This document shows, piece by piece, positions 10,334 through 22,589 of a stretch of 25,321 nt of DNA. The notes below the pieces were generated by a model. The model did no database searches and had not been told where the DNA came from. It saw only the letters and a list, made by a program, of their open reading frames with translations. Where the stretch lies: the NCBI GenBank assembly GCA_002269645.1, contig NIVC01005128.1, forward strand, positions 1 through 25,321, read 5' to 3'. The DNA is from Macrostomum lignano. Taxonomy: Eukaryota. The number at the start of each line of letters is the position of its first letter. The stretch's first letter is position 1. The position numbers were made by a program, and so were the translations under genes.

Positions 10334-11301
10334 ATGATCTAGACTATAGTAGAAAAACAATATTGAAGAATGTTCCTAATATTATAATAGCCTTGCCAGA
10401 TCTATAGCTATTAGAAAATGAGTTCTAGTGCCAGAACTCTAGCCAGTGCCATTATTTTTACTAGTATAGCTATATGGGCTAAATAAACACTGTTATTTAT
10501 ACTAAACTATATAATTTTTTAATATATAGCCTCCAAGCTAAAATATAAATTTTCACATTTGAAGCTAGCTAGGACCAATCTCAAATGGGATTAGCCTAAG
10601 TCTAAGAAGCATAGCATAATAATCTATAAAGTACTACTACTGACAGTAGGCACAAGCGCTATAAATAGGCCATGAAAGATGAGGCCCCTACTGCAAGTCC
10701 CTAAAGTAGAGTAGAAATGTTTGTATTTTGATTGATTTTAATGCAATGAAATAGTTTCTCCTATATTAGATATATATTACCTTGTATGCTTATGACTATG
10801 TTCTAATAAATATAAAATGCTAGTACTAGTCATAATGATTATATTGGCTATTGAATGCTTAAAAATCTAGCTCTTTTACTTTGAGTAGACTAGTGTAGTG
10901 AAAGTCCTTTTACTTGTCAATATTAATTATTATATATAGCTAGAAGTAAATTTTATTAAAAGTAGTTTTGCAAATAAATAGGAGCCTAACTTTGCAATGC
11001 AATTACATATATTAGAAGCCTGCTTAGACCTGAAAGCCATATTTAATTTGGTAATTGTGATTTTGGTTTTAACATTTTACTGTAAGCATAGCCTTGCAAC
11101 TTAGTATATAAAACGAGTCCATTACTAAAATTTGTTTGAATGAAGGGCTATTGCTATGCTTCCAGATTTATACTTCTACACACATTTAAAGTACACTATT
11201 ATGTGCCAGTGCATAACAACTTTTTAATGCATTTCAATGTCTTGTTTATATTCATGTAACAACCAACTGTCCAGCCAACCAGACAGAGCCCAGTCATCTC
11301 C

Positions 11302-11643
11302 ATGGCAACCAGAGCTGGTGGTGATGCCACCTACTCGGTGAATGACAAGGCTAAGCCAGGCTTCATTCGGGTCTCCTTTGACCTGCCAGGTCTGAAGAAG
11401 GGCCTGCTAGATGGCAGCAAAAATGCCAAGAAGACTAGCAATTCAACCCTGAATGTGTCAATCGCGCCTGGCTCAGCTCACTTTGGCAGCGTGTCAATCA
11501 AAGGCCAGACGAAAGGTCACGTGATTGAGTACCAGCTACGCGCTGATCCCTCCGAGCTGCTCGGCGCGTGGCTTGGCTCCCCGCCCAGCTACTATGAGGT
11601 TGAGCAGGGAGTCCTGAGGGTCTTTCTCAAGCTAGCTGATTGA
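11302..11643 (+). CDS. 113-aa protein with possible HSP20-like chaperone (alpha-crystallin/CS) fold
   Basis: ATG-to-TGA ORF in a GC-rich island within AT-rich flanks. IRVSFDLPGLKK near the N-terminus and EQGVLRVFLK at the C-terminus resemble the DLPG and GVL-x-V motifs of alpha-crystallin domains. AATAAA at about 11880. It may be only the last exon of a longer gene. Confidence 0.55.
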   Translation: MATRAGGDATYSVNDKAKPGFIRVSFDLPGLKKGLLDGSKNAKKTSNSTLNVSIAPGSAHFGSVSIKGQTKGHVIEYQLRADPSELLGAWLGSPPSYYEVEQGVLRVFLKLAD

Positions 11644-12250
11644 TTGGATTTTTAATGATAGGATGTGCAATTGTGTCTTTGAAATTAGCAGTTAGAAATT
11701 GCAAGCTAGCTAGACATTTATTGACCATATTCGTCGCTAGTAGATTTATGTTATTATTTCTGCTATTAAGCGTCCATGAATATTATTGTATTTGTCATGC
11801 TTATCGGTTTATTAAAATATAAAGTTATTTTACTATGATCTATATTTATAAAATTTTGTTTGTCTGCTGTTTTGCCGCTAATAAAAATCAGTTGTTGCTG
11901 TATAATCGGCAAGTGATTTGCTTTTGTTTATTTATCCCAAACAAGCAAGGCTCGCTTCCACCGCCATGCCATCAGATGCAGTCAGGTCAGATTTTGTGTG
12001 ATTTCGCAGAATTTCTAAATTGAAGTTCAAGATTTATTTCTACATTTAGTCGTGTGATTTGATGGCAGTGTGAATCAACTTTTAATGTGTCGCTTTCACT
12101 AGCTGGCAATTTGACAGCAGGATAAATTTGTTCAAGTTGTGAGCTAGGGGAAGCGCCTGTAGCAGCGGTCGGCAAACCTTTTTTACCTCAAGGGTTAGAT
12201 TAAGACAGGTGAGAGAGGAAAGGAGAGGGGAGCGGCTGGAGAGGAGCTCG

Positions 12251-12623
12251 AGGGAGACGCTAGAGAAGAGGGAGACGCTAGAGAAGAGGAGGAGGCTAGA
12301 GAAGAGGGAGACGCTAGAGAAGAGGGAGACGCTAGAGAAGAGGAGGAGGCTAGAGAAGAGGGAGACGCTAGAGAAGAGTGGAAGGCTAGAGAAGAGGGAG
12401 ACGCTAGAGAAGAGGGAGACGCTAGAGAAGAGTGGAAGGCTAGAGAAGAGTGGAAGGCTAGATAAGAGGGAGACGCTAGAGAAGAGGGAGACGCTAGAGA
12501 AGAGTGGAAGGCTAGAGAAGAGGGAGACGCTAGAGAAGAGTGGAAGGCTAGAGAAGAGGGAGACGCTAGAGAAGAGGGAGACTCTAGAGAAGAGGGGAGG
12601 CTAGGGAAGAGTGGAGATGCTAG
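12251..12623 (+). repeat. 18-bp purine-rich minisatellite (GAGAAGAGGGAGACGCTA and variants), about 20 units, within a GA-rich tract 12207-12884
   Basis: Three alternating variants are visible: GAGAAGAGGGAGACGCTA, GAGAAGAGTGGAAGGCTA and GAGAAGAGGAGGAGGCTA. Confidence 0.92.
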
Positions 12624-13790
12624 ATAAAAAACGAAGGCTAGTGAGGCTAGTGAGGCGGGAGAAAAAAAGAGGAGACTATAGAACGGAAAAGGGGGCGAGG
12701 TGAGAGAGAAAAGCGGTGGGGAGAGGCGATAGAGAAGAGAGGTGAGGGTACAGAAATGAGAGAAGACAATACAACATGTAAGAGGATAAGTAAGATGGGA
12801 AATGAAATTAAAGCAGAGAATTGTGAAGAGAGAGAAAAGAAAGAAGCTGATGAGATGGATCAGAGAAGAGCTAAGAAGAGACACGTCAAACCTTGAGCGA
12901 GCGAATTGCTATTGTGGAGTTTCAATAAAGTACCCGAGGGCCGGATAGAGAGGCTTCGTGGGCCGCATGTGGTCTATAGCAACTCCTAATCAAGGACTTC
13001 TAGACTAGCAGGACGTAAAACTCAAAGATCGTGTAAATTTTTAGGAGGACGATTTCCTGGAAAAAATACACTGCGGAGATAGGAGCAAATCATTTTTTCA
13101 TCACAAAATCAATGATTGCATTTGATCTAAGGCAGCTAAGATAACCATTCTTTTTATTTAGCACGCACAACATGTTACTCTATTATATTTTAATGTAGTT
13201 GTGTCTTGAAAGTTTCATCTTCATATTATTTTCTTTTTATTTCATAAGCCCCAAGTTGCAAAATACTCACAAGTGGCATTAGCCGAACTTTGTATTTTTC
13301 CTTTTTAAAATCAAGTATATTTGCAATAAAAATGCTGCATTACGGTACTATTAAGCCATTATTGTAGGTATAATTCCATTTCAATGTAGTAACTATACTA
13401 ATAGACCTGTCTATGTAGTTAAATATATAAGGACAATATTTACAATATGCCCCCACCATTTTCATTTTTCTTGTTTTACCTAGGCCTCAAGTCTTTAGAA
13501 AGCTATCAGTTTTTACCTGAAAGCCAGACAGAAAAAAATGGTTAGGGCCTAGGCCTAGTCACAAAAATGGGCACTAACCTTTTTTCTAGGTTTTTACACT
13601 TTTAATTAGGCTTAGATTTTTAATTTTTTATTGCAAATTTGAATACACTATACTATATAAACTAGGCCTAGCACCCAGCTGGTTTAGGTTTACCTTCCTT
13701 GAATTATATATTTTGTTGAATATAATACCTTTAAAATTGCAATTTTAGTTTGTAATGGTATATTTCATATCATATTTGAATCATAGGCCT

Positions 13791-13969
13791 CATACATGCG
13801 CAACCTTGGGAATCACTCGGCCATTTCTATTGGCAACACAGAACACACACATGTAAGTTGCTATTGGATGGAATAGTAGTCACGTGATTGCTCTCAGCCA
13901 ATAGCAACTTATATATGTGTGTTGCCAATAGAAATGGCCGGGTGAATCCCTAGGTTGCACCCAAGCATG
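13791..13969. mobile_element. Palindromic MITE, copy 2 (nested in the 4.86-kb element)
   Basis: Same family as 10162-10333. TSD ATAGGCCT at 13783-13790 and 13970-13977. Confidence 0.9.
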
Positions 13970-15129
13970 ATAGGCCTAATTATTAGATTATTATGATAGG
14001 TCTTTTATTATAAACTAAAAAATGGGTAATACAATACTGCATGCCCACATTTATCTTAACTTTAGCATTTATTTACTATTGAAACTAGGCCTAGGCCTTA
14101 TTGCACTCATAAAGCTTTGAAACTAGGAATATTTAGGCCTATTCATTTTACTACCTTATATCTATTTATAAAACTAAGCTGGCTCTAATAATTGACAATG
14201 AAAATCTAGTTTTTAGTATTAATTTAAAATTTGTTTATTAATTTAGTTATCTATATTCAGTTTTAATTTTATTTTTATAGGTAAATATGATTTTTTAATT
14301 AGTATTATTTAATAACTTAGATTTTGGCTATTAGGGTCTAATCCAAATACTAAATAGTACTTAGATGTCTAATTGTTACATTTTTATTCAATAATCTTTA
14401 ATTTTACTATAAGTATTTTGTACCAATATATTATCCTATCATCTATCTTAATAGATAGATAGTTATCATGCCAATTAAATTTTTGGTAGTAACTTACACT
14501 AGCAACCATTTTAGACAAAAGGCTGCAAAATCTAATCTTGTTAGATTTCAAACAGATTTCCTTATGATATAAATTATGTCTAGCATTGTATTTGACATAC
14601 TTAATCCTTTGATCTTTCATGTGCCTATCTGACTTCAGTGGAAATTTTTGCAAAGCATCAACCTGCTAAAATGCCATTGCACAAGATGATATACTTTTGG
14701 ATACCAATTAAAGTGATCCACAAAGTGTCTTTCCTGACACCACAAGGTCTTCATTACATTTGACTTTAGCAAGTGAGTAAATTTTCTAAATGTTGTTTTT
14801 TTTAATATATGGATAAGGGTTAGTAAAAAGCAAGGGTCAATGTGGTTGGGGCAAAAGATGATATATCCTTACCTTTTACATGGCTAGTTTCCCTAAATTT
14901 ATGATGGCATAGTTTGTAGCAAAATTTATGGTATAACCTTTTAGGAAAGTTCATTCCAATAAAAAGACAAAATTTCTCATTTTACCATTGCCCATACCTA
15001 CCAACATTTTAGTGTGGTGGATGGACTCCAGCACTAGGCCTATTGCTCATCATTGCAGCACTCAAGTCAAAGTTTTGCATTTTTGGGCTTCCAATATCAA
15101 CTAGAGCGATAGTCTCAATTGGAGGCCAT

Positions 15130-15360
15130 GGAAAGCAATCTCAAGCATGCTGGTAGAGCCTGGTGCCAACCTTGGAAAGAATTTGGAGCCCACCTGATTG
15201 TTAATCATTTTTCATCTGGCAGCTGCAACTGAGCATTGGAAATGGAATTCACTATATCTATAACTGGCCAGCGGGAACTGCACACTGAGAAGCAATGCCC
15301 ATGTCCTTCACCCCACATAACATTGAGGTCTCACTTTAGTGGTCTTAGCGATGTAGGATG
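15130..15360 (-). pseudogene. Possible decayed P-element/THAP9-type transposase C-terminal remnant
   Basis: Minus-strand fragments in different frames, KIASYIAKTTKVRPQC and about 40 codons later QSGGLQILSKVGTRLYQHA*DCF, loosely resemble the YIAG...C-x-x-C and RGGL-x-x-PS motifs of P transposases. Many stops and weak similarity. Confidence 0.3.
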
Positions 15361-15733
15361 CGATCTTCATAGACATGCCATTGAACCTGATCTGCTATGC
15401 CACATCTCAAGAAAGCTGACTAATGTTTTAAGGGTATAGTGCGGCAAGACTGAGTCTGATAGATAGTCCAATTTCAGCCACTGTAGGCCGACTGTGCAAA
15501 ATTAATTGAAGCAAATAAGCTTCATGGTACTTGCTAATTTGCCAATTTTTTCTCTTTTTAAATACTGATATCTGCTTTTCTGTTTAGTTTAGCTACAAGT
15601 TGCGCAGCCATTGGAGCTAAGGCCGCCCACGCATTGCCTGGATGTAGTGCTCCTCACTAACCCCGTGCATAAAACTCCACATGGCCATGACAATCCAACT
15701 GCACTGTTAGTTCCACAAAAAAATTCTATGCCG

Positions 15734-15903
15734 CATACATGCGCAACCTGGGGAATCACTCGGCCGTTTCTATTGGCAACACACATGTAAGTCGCTATTG
15801 GCTGAGAATAGTCACGTGACTACTATTCCATCCAATAGCAACTTACATGTGTGTGTTGCCAATAGAAACGGCCGGGTGAATCCCTAGGTTGCGCCCAGGC
15901 ATG
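15734..15903. mobile_element. Palindromic MITE, copy 3 (nested in the 4.86-kb element)
   Basis: Same family. TSD CTATGCCG (15726-15733) versus CTATGCCT (15904-15911), a 7/8 match. Confidence 0.88.
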
Positions 15904-18900
15904 CTATGCCTGGTAAACACTTAACACTACACTGCTGGTTATTATACTCATATTTCGACCTCCAAATTAAGCCAAGCCTTTACAGTATTTAAATTTACTT
16001 TTCTGATTTACTTTTGATTTACTTCATAGATACAAGTACCATGTCATACAAAATATTTACTCAATTTTGCCCTTGCAGTTGCATATTATGAGCTGTGCAT
16101 CTTTGTGCCTGGTTTATTTTTCCATTTCTGAAACATCAAACATTGCAAAAAACCAATTCAAAAACAAAGAACATTTTCTATTTTCTACATCAGTATGTAT
16201 AAAGAATGTATCTATACATTGCTCTTTTAATGTTTCAATGCACTGTATATATATTATAAATTACATCTTACATTCTTTGCAAGTCAAAACAGTTGAAAGT
16301 TCACATTTCAGATCTGTGAAACAAAATAAAATTCATTTGAAATGAAAAAAAGTCTTGTCTTTTTTATTTACTAAGGTGAAAGAGAAGTTATTAACTTTGA
16401 GTTATTTATAAGAAAGACATCACCAGCAAAAATTAAGGTAGTGCCAATGAGTCTTGAAGTGCTAGTGTCAGCCAGCAAGCAGTTAAAGAACTGCAGTTGC
16501 TCATCTTGAATGCAGTGCACAGTAGAATAGCCTCAAAGCTTGATGTTGTCTGGTTACTAGAGCACAGCAATCTTCTGTATGTTGACAACCAAACCAATTG
16601 CCAGCACAAAACCAACCAGCCTGCCTAGCTTTTTGGGTGGCAGGCTAGGTCACTGAGTTGTGACAAGTGAGCAGGACATGGAATGCCATAATGCAATCAT
16701 TAGGTTGATCAAACATGAAGCATTGGCCAATACACAGCTAGTAGATAAGCTCAGAATGTAGGCTGAAAATCAGGCAGTGGCAATTGAGGCTTGTTGCTGG
16801 CAGCTGAAACAAAATATGTTGAAATATAAAGAATTTAATTGTTCAGGGTTAATGCAAAAATAAATATTATCAAAGGTTGTCAATTGTATTTTAATATATA
16901 AGTCAACATAAAAAAAAAGCTAATACATAAGCAAAAGGTACAAAAATTCAATTAGAAGTTTTACTACTATATGATGTAAATTTTTAGCTAAAAAAGTAAT
17001 TTAAACTTAAAATAGTACACATATAAAACTATTTTAACAAATTCCTTTTTCTTAAACTATTATTTAACATTTACCTTTTCTAACGACTACTAATCTATTT
17101 ATTTTGTTAATTATTAATGCAAATATATTTCTTATTAACACATTTTAACCTATAAAACTTGCAATTTAATAATAATAATAATAATAATATTAAAAGTTAA
17201 ATACTAAAAAAATCTAGAATATTTCTTATAGATAGGCCTACTTAGTAAAAATGGTTAGAGCTTGTTTTTGTGCCTAGGTCTATATGACTATATTCTTGTC
17301 CTATATATGCAGGTCTAGCTTAAAAAACTGATAGCTTTCTAAAGACTTGAGGCCTAGGTAAAACAAGAAAAATGAAAATGGTGGGGGCATATTGTAAATA
17401 TTGTCCTTATATATTTAACTACATAGACAGGTCTATTAGTATAGTTACTACATTGAAATGGAATTATACCTACAATAATGGCTTAATAGTACCGTAATGC
17501 AGCATTTTTATTGCAAATATACTTGATTTTAAAAAGGAAAAATACAAAGTTCGGCTAATGCCACTTGTGAGTATTTTGCAACTTGGGGCTTATGAAATAA
17601 AAAGAAAATAATATGAAGATGAAACTTTCAAGACACAACTACATTAAAATATAATAGAGTAACATGTTGTGCGTGCTAAATAAAAAGAATGGTTATCTTA
17701 GCTGCCTTAGATCAAATGCAATCATTGATTTTGTGATGAAAAAATGATTTGCTCCTATCTCCGCAGTGTATTTTTTCCAGGAAATCGTCCTCCTAAAAAT
17801 TTACACGATCTTTGAGTTTTACGTCCTGCTAGTCTAGAAGTCCTTGCTCCTAATTACTCTTGCGGCACTCTGAGGCACCGCGCCCTGTGGCATTGTCTCA
17901 ACGCCTTACTGGCTGAAAATGTGAAAGGCTTTTAATTGTTGTTTAAGTCAGCCCGATCACTCTGAAGCTCTGGCTTGAAATTGAGGCATTGTCATGGCTT
18001 CAACGCTTGAAATTGTTGTTTCTTCTCCAAGGTGTACAGGATGACATGCAGCGTCACAGGGCCAAATATTGCGGCAGCAACGCCAATTACAAGAAACTAC
18101 TGCATGGAAATTTAATGTTTCAGCCATGCTTTCAAGCAGCTGCGAGCGCGCTACTGTACATGCAGCTGTGACTGCAGTTCAGACTTATGGCAGCGACTCT
18201 CTGGAAGGAGCTGGTGCCAATCCGACGGGTGGGTCAGGGCGTCGACATGCATGGGTTTATTAGTGATGGGGGGGACGTGCCACAAATTGCATAAGGTTAG
18301 CCAAAAATGATCTACATGTACATGTACACATGTAAATTACTATAAATTCTTGCATATAATTTACATGTACACTTTTTCAGAATCGCAGTGTTGTCACTTG
18401 AATAGCAATTGTTTAGTGTCGCAGACAGATCTAGGCGCTATTTTGTCGCCCTGAAGCAATCATCACCGCGGTCACACAAATATGTGGGGTACGTGGGCCG
18501 TAGTCAACTTTCAACTTTTCTTGTTTATTTTTTCAGCATCAAACCGTCCAGGCCAACCCCTTAATAAATTTCTGGGTGCGCCACTGGGTGTAAAGTGGAA
18601 ACTAAGGAACGGCGGAGCGAAGGACGTGCAGTGGAATTTTTGATTGTATAATACTTGGAGCTAAATAAACCTCCCAAGTTCGGCAAAAATTATGATTTTT
18701 TACTTAATATTTTAATACTTCTGCAAAATTGTCAATAAATTTTAATTTCAATAACTACTTTACGATTCATTAGTAGAAATGTTTGTATAAGATTTTGTTT
18801 TAACTGGTATATTTGCATTTAAATTTGCTTCTCAACAACAGATTTTTTGTCATGAAGTCTAGCTAGCGTTATGCGCTGAGGGGCAGAGACGATAAATTCT

Positions 18901-19289
18901 CATAGTAATACAGCTTCAATACAGGGTATAGTATATGCGCTGAGTGTTGGGTCAGGACGATTATTCCTACAGCTTCAGCAGTCAGTTAAGCTTGTGTCCA
19001 TTGAATGCTATCATTTTATTAGGATTTATAAAATGCACCATCAAGATGTATGCAGATTTTCTTTTAACATAGGTAAGTGCAAATATAATCCATTCAAATT
19101 CAAAATAGCAACTGTCTACTGTTTTTTGTCTAAATTTATATGACTAGGCCTAAGCTTAACCAGGCTCTAGGCATTAAGAGAACCAGTACAGTAGAGTAGG
19201 TTTAAATTTTCAAGTTAAAAGCTATAAATTGCTCATTGATAGGTTCCAGTTCCTATGGTTCTTTTCAGAAAATTGAAATAAAGCCTATC

Positions 19290-19990
19290 AACATCCACAT
19301 AAATGCATGGCAATAATTTCCAATTTAATCTACCTGGTATGTCCGTGTGGTCATAATTTGTAATGGAAGTGCTTCTCCCCACAGTCCCATGCCAATTGCA
19401 ATAATTCCAATTTTATCCACACGGATCCATGTCAATAATTTCCAGCTTATCCCCATGGTAGCTTATTGAAATAGCTGCCACCATTCAAGTCTATAGGCCG
19501 TGTCAATAATTCCAATTTTATCCATATAGATCTGTGTCAATAATTTCCAGCTAATCCCCATAGCAGCTAATTAGAATAAAGAACCTTAAAATGAATCTGT
19601 TCAAAAACTGTCTTTTTGTTTTTATTGTTTTACAAATCTTCCAAATAAACTACATATATATTGAATAGTATCAAGTACTTTGTTAAAACTTTTTGTCATT
19701 AAAAGGGTTAATTTTAAATATTTGCATGGCTGCTAGCTTTAATTAAAACAACCAAATGACCCAAAGATCAAAGTAAATGAGACTTGCAAAATCTAACTTT
19801 CAATATATAATAAGAATGATAATAGTACTAATAATAATAACAATATTGATTTAATGTCAGTACACAAAACTAAACATAAACAACTGCACAATCTTAGCCA
19901 TCGAAATAAGCTAAAAATTATTGACATGGATCCGTGTGGGTAAAATTTGAATTATTGGCATGGACCATGGGGATAAGCACTTCCACTTAT
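19290..19990. repeat. Degenerate modular repeat with an inverted partner (old foldback/MITE-like relic)
   Basis: Module TCCACACGGATCCATGTCAATAATTTCCAGCTTATCCCCA recurs degenerately at about 19295, 19415 and 19525. About 19362-19442 is inverted at about 19914-19990. Confidence 0.6.
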
Positions 19991-22144
19991 AATATTTATT
20001 TTGGAATATTTTGTATGTAATAAAGTCTATTGGCACATATTAGCATACATGAGCTTATGAGCTAAAGAAGCAATTTTCATTCCAGCATACACTAGTACAT
20101 GATCTTGACCCTGGCCCCTAGCAAACTTAAAAATTTACACTTCTCTAATGTGTACCAAGAAAAGACAATTATAAAATAATACTTTAAATACTTTTTATTT
20201 GCTAAAATTGATTTAAAAAAGGCAAAAACCAAAAATCAGGTGCAAGTTTTATGAAAACCCTTTATTAGCAATTTGAAAGCAATAAAAGTATAAAATTAAA
20301 TTATTTGAATTTTTTAAATTTAGAAACATTTATAAAAGCATAATTATTTCACATATAGATTTATTTTTAATAAAATTATTTGTTAAAATGGTAAATTAAA
20401 TTACGACTAATATGTCTCTAATAAAAATGATAGAAAATCTAATAATATATTTATTAACTTCAAGTATCTTATAATAGTAGATTCTATAATGCTACAACAT
20501 ATTTAATATTCTTTTCAAGGGTTTATTTGTTTATCACTTGTTATTATTGACAATGTAATTTCATTGGTATTTGTTGCTTAATAAGCATACAGTAAGCATC
20601 TAATTTGGAAGCCAGGTAACACATTAGAATTCCCATAGGTATTGGAAAATTGCATTTTATTTAGCTTTTATTGAAAAGTTTTAGAAAATTCCTTTTTTCT
20701 TGCATACGCGTTGCAATGATACATATTTTTGTATAATTTCATTGTTCTTTGTCACCTCATAAGCCTACATAAATCATTTGATTTGAATGCCAGGTTCATA
20801 TTTTTGGTACCATTTTTTACCCAAAAATGTTAAGTCTAAATGCAGGCATAATACATATACCAATACTATGCAAGTTGATATTTAAAGAAAAGAAAACAAC
20901 TTAAATTGTGTAGATTGATTGGGACTTGGAACTATTGGTACTACCTGCTGTCTCGGCAATCTCTATATGCTAAGCTGTATGCCAAGACTGAGGGCACACC
21001 AGACCCCTTTGTACACCAAGCTGTATGCCCATGGTGTACTCTAGGTTCCTCTATACGCCAGAATTTCCAAGTGGACCAAGCGGAATTTCTGGCGTACAAT
21101 ATACCATCTGGAGTCTGGGTCATATATACTAGAATATATGCTAATGTATGCTAAAAATGGCAATTAGCCTCATTGTATGCTAGGAAATCTTAGCATATAT
21201 GTTGCCTTCTGGACTATGGCCTAGGGGTAGGGTAATCTTGTAGTTTTGTACATTTAATTATTTATGTTGAAAAAATAACTTTGAAGTAACTTTAAACTTA
21301 GTAAATGATAGAATAAATAATTGGGAACAAATTTAACATATTATTGAATGCCTACTTTTGTTTAAACACTATAAACAATGTTAGTGTCCAATATTAAAGT
21401 GGATAATAATGTGACATCCAATATAAGAATTTCCAATATAAGACTCTAATGAGTCTAAGATCTTCAAGATCAAGAACAAGACCTATATATTATTTATACA
21501 TTTATACATATATCTACATATTTATATACATTGTTTTGCATTTGAGTTGCCAGCTATCTAGGGAAAGATTAACACATTAAAATTGGCCTATTGATTGATC
21601 AATCGAATGATTAGTCCACTCAGTTTTAGATATAAAAGAAGAAAGAAGAGAGAGAAGATATAGTATATAATATTCTAGGTAATTTTATAGAACTTATTAT
21701 TTGCTAATCTAATTAGCTAATTAGCAAATTAGCATAATTCTCTAGTTTTTTATAGTTTTATAGGTGAAATTTGCAGTTTTCTCATATAAGTTTCAACATT
21801 GAATCACAAATAGTCTAGTGGGAATTATCAAACATACAAAAATACACACACATACACATAGAAACATGTCAGTTTTAGTATATTGAGTGGGTATAGAAAC
21901 AGTATATAAATTGCATATAGATTGTGTATATATTGTCTTTCAAAATTTCTTCTAGTGCATACTGTCCCACTTTCCTACCTATGGTTGCCTATTTGTATCC
22001 TTATTGTAGACATTTTTAACCAAGCCAGGAATGTTTACTTCTATAAAATGCAATCCCATAGGACAAAGCATAAAAGAACTATTTTTGTGAAATATTTGCT
22101 AAGATTTCTTCTAACTCTTAACTTGTTTTTAAATCAAATTTTAG

Positions 22145-22184
22145 ATGCAGCCAAGAAAGGTTATCAAGATTTCATTGCGACCAG
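22145..22184 (+). CDS. 40-nt internal exon of an unidentified host gene (DAAKKGYQDFIAT-R)
   Basis: TTTTAG acceptor and CAG/GTAAGT donor. It ends in phase 2, which is compatible with the next exon at 22590. Confidence 0.55.
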
Positions 22185-22589
22185 GTAAGTATATTTATTG
22201 TTCTCTAACAAAATTCTCATTTCTATAAGATAGGTACTTTGTCTTTCTTGAGAAAGAAGAAAGTTTATCCAACTTTAAGTAATTTGTTCACCTATTTCCT
22301 AAGAGATAGTGTACTTTTCTTCTTATAAAAATCTTTGAATGCTGTCTATATGTGCATTTTTTTAAATTGGAAGCAGATAGAAAGCAAATGTTTGCTAATG
22401 TGGTATATGGGTTTCTTGTTAAATTTGATTAACTTGAGAGAAGCAATATTGCGCCATTGGAGAAGTTGATGGCTTAGTGAAGCTAGCCTTCATAAAGATT
22501 TTCTAAGAAACAAAGCGTCATCATTGATCTCCCAATTGGACTTCCATCTGTCGTCCATCTCTTCAAGAGGCAGTATTTACTTTGAACAG

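Larger units (their letters stand above)
12991..17846. mobile_element. 4.86-kb DNA transposon with 524-bp TIRs and 8-bp TSD (P/Galileo-like or hAT)
   Basis: 12991-13514 is the reverse complement of 17323-17846 (same length, no mismatch seen by eye). Termini are CAAGG...CCTTG. TSD CTCCTAAT at 12983-12990 and 17847-17854. Confidence 0.92.

Noticed and set aside
12195-12884. ORFs with LASPSS or LEKRET repeats
   Set aside because: They are translations of the GA-rich 18-bp minisatellite, open on both strands because of composition.
17855-18265. GC-richer segment continuing from 12885-12990 across the transposon insertion, with short ORFs
   Set aside because: All frames are interrupted and I recognise no motif. 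It may be an old element but cannot be classified.
18560-18590. AAATTTCTGGGTGCGCCACTG resembling one end of a CAGTGGCG-type non-autonomous element
   Set aside because: No matching opposite end or TSD was found in the window.
20906-21154. 82-aa ORF as an upstream exon of the host gene
   Set aside because: No convincing splice pair, an internal repeated AAGCTGTATGCC, and an equally long antisense ORF.
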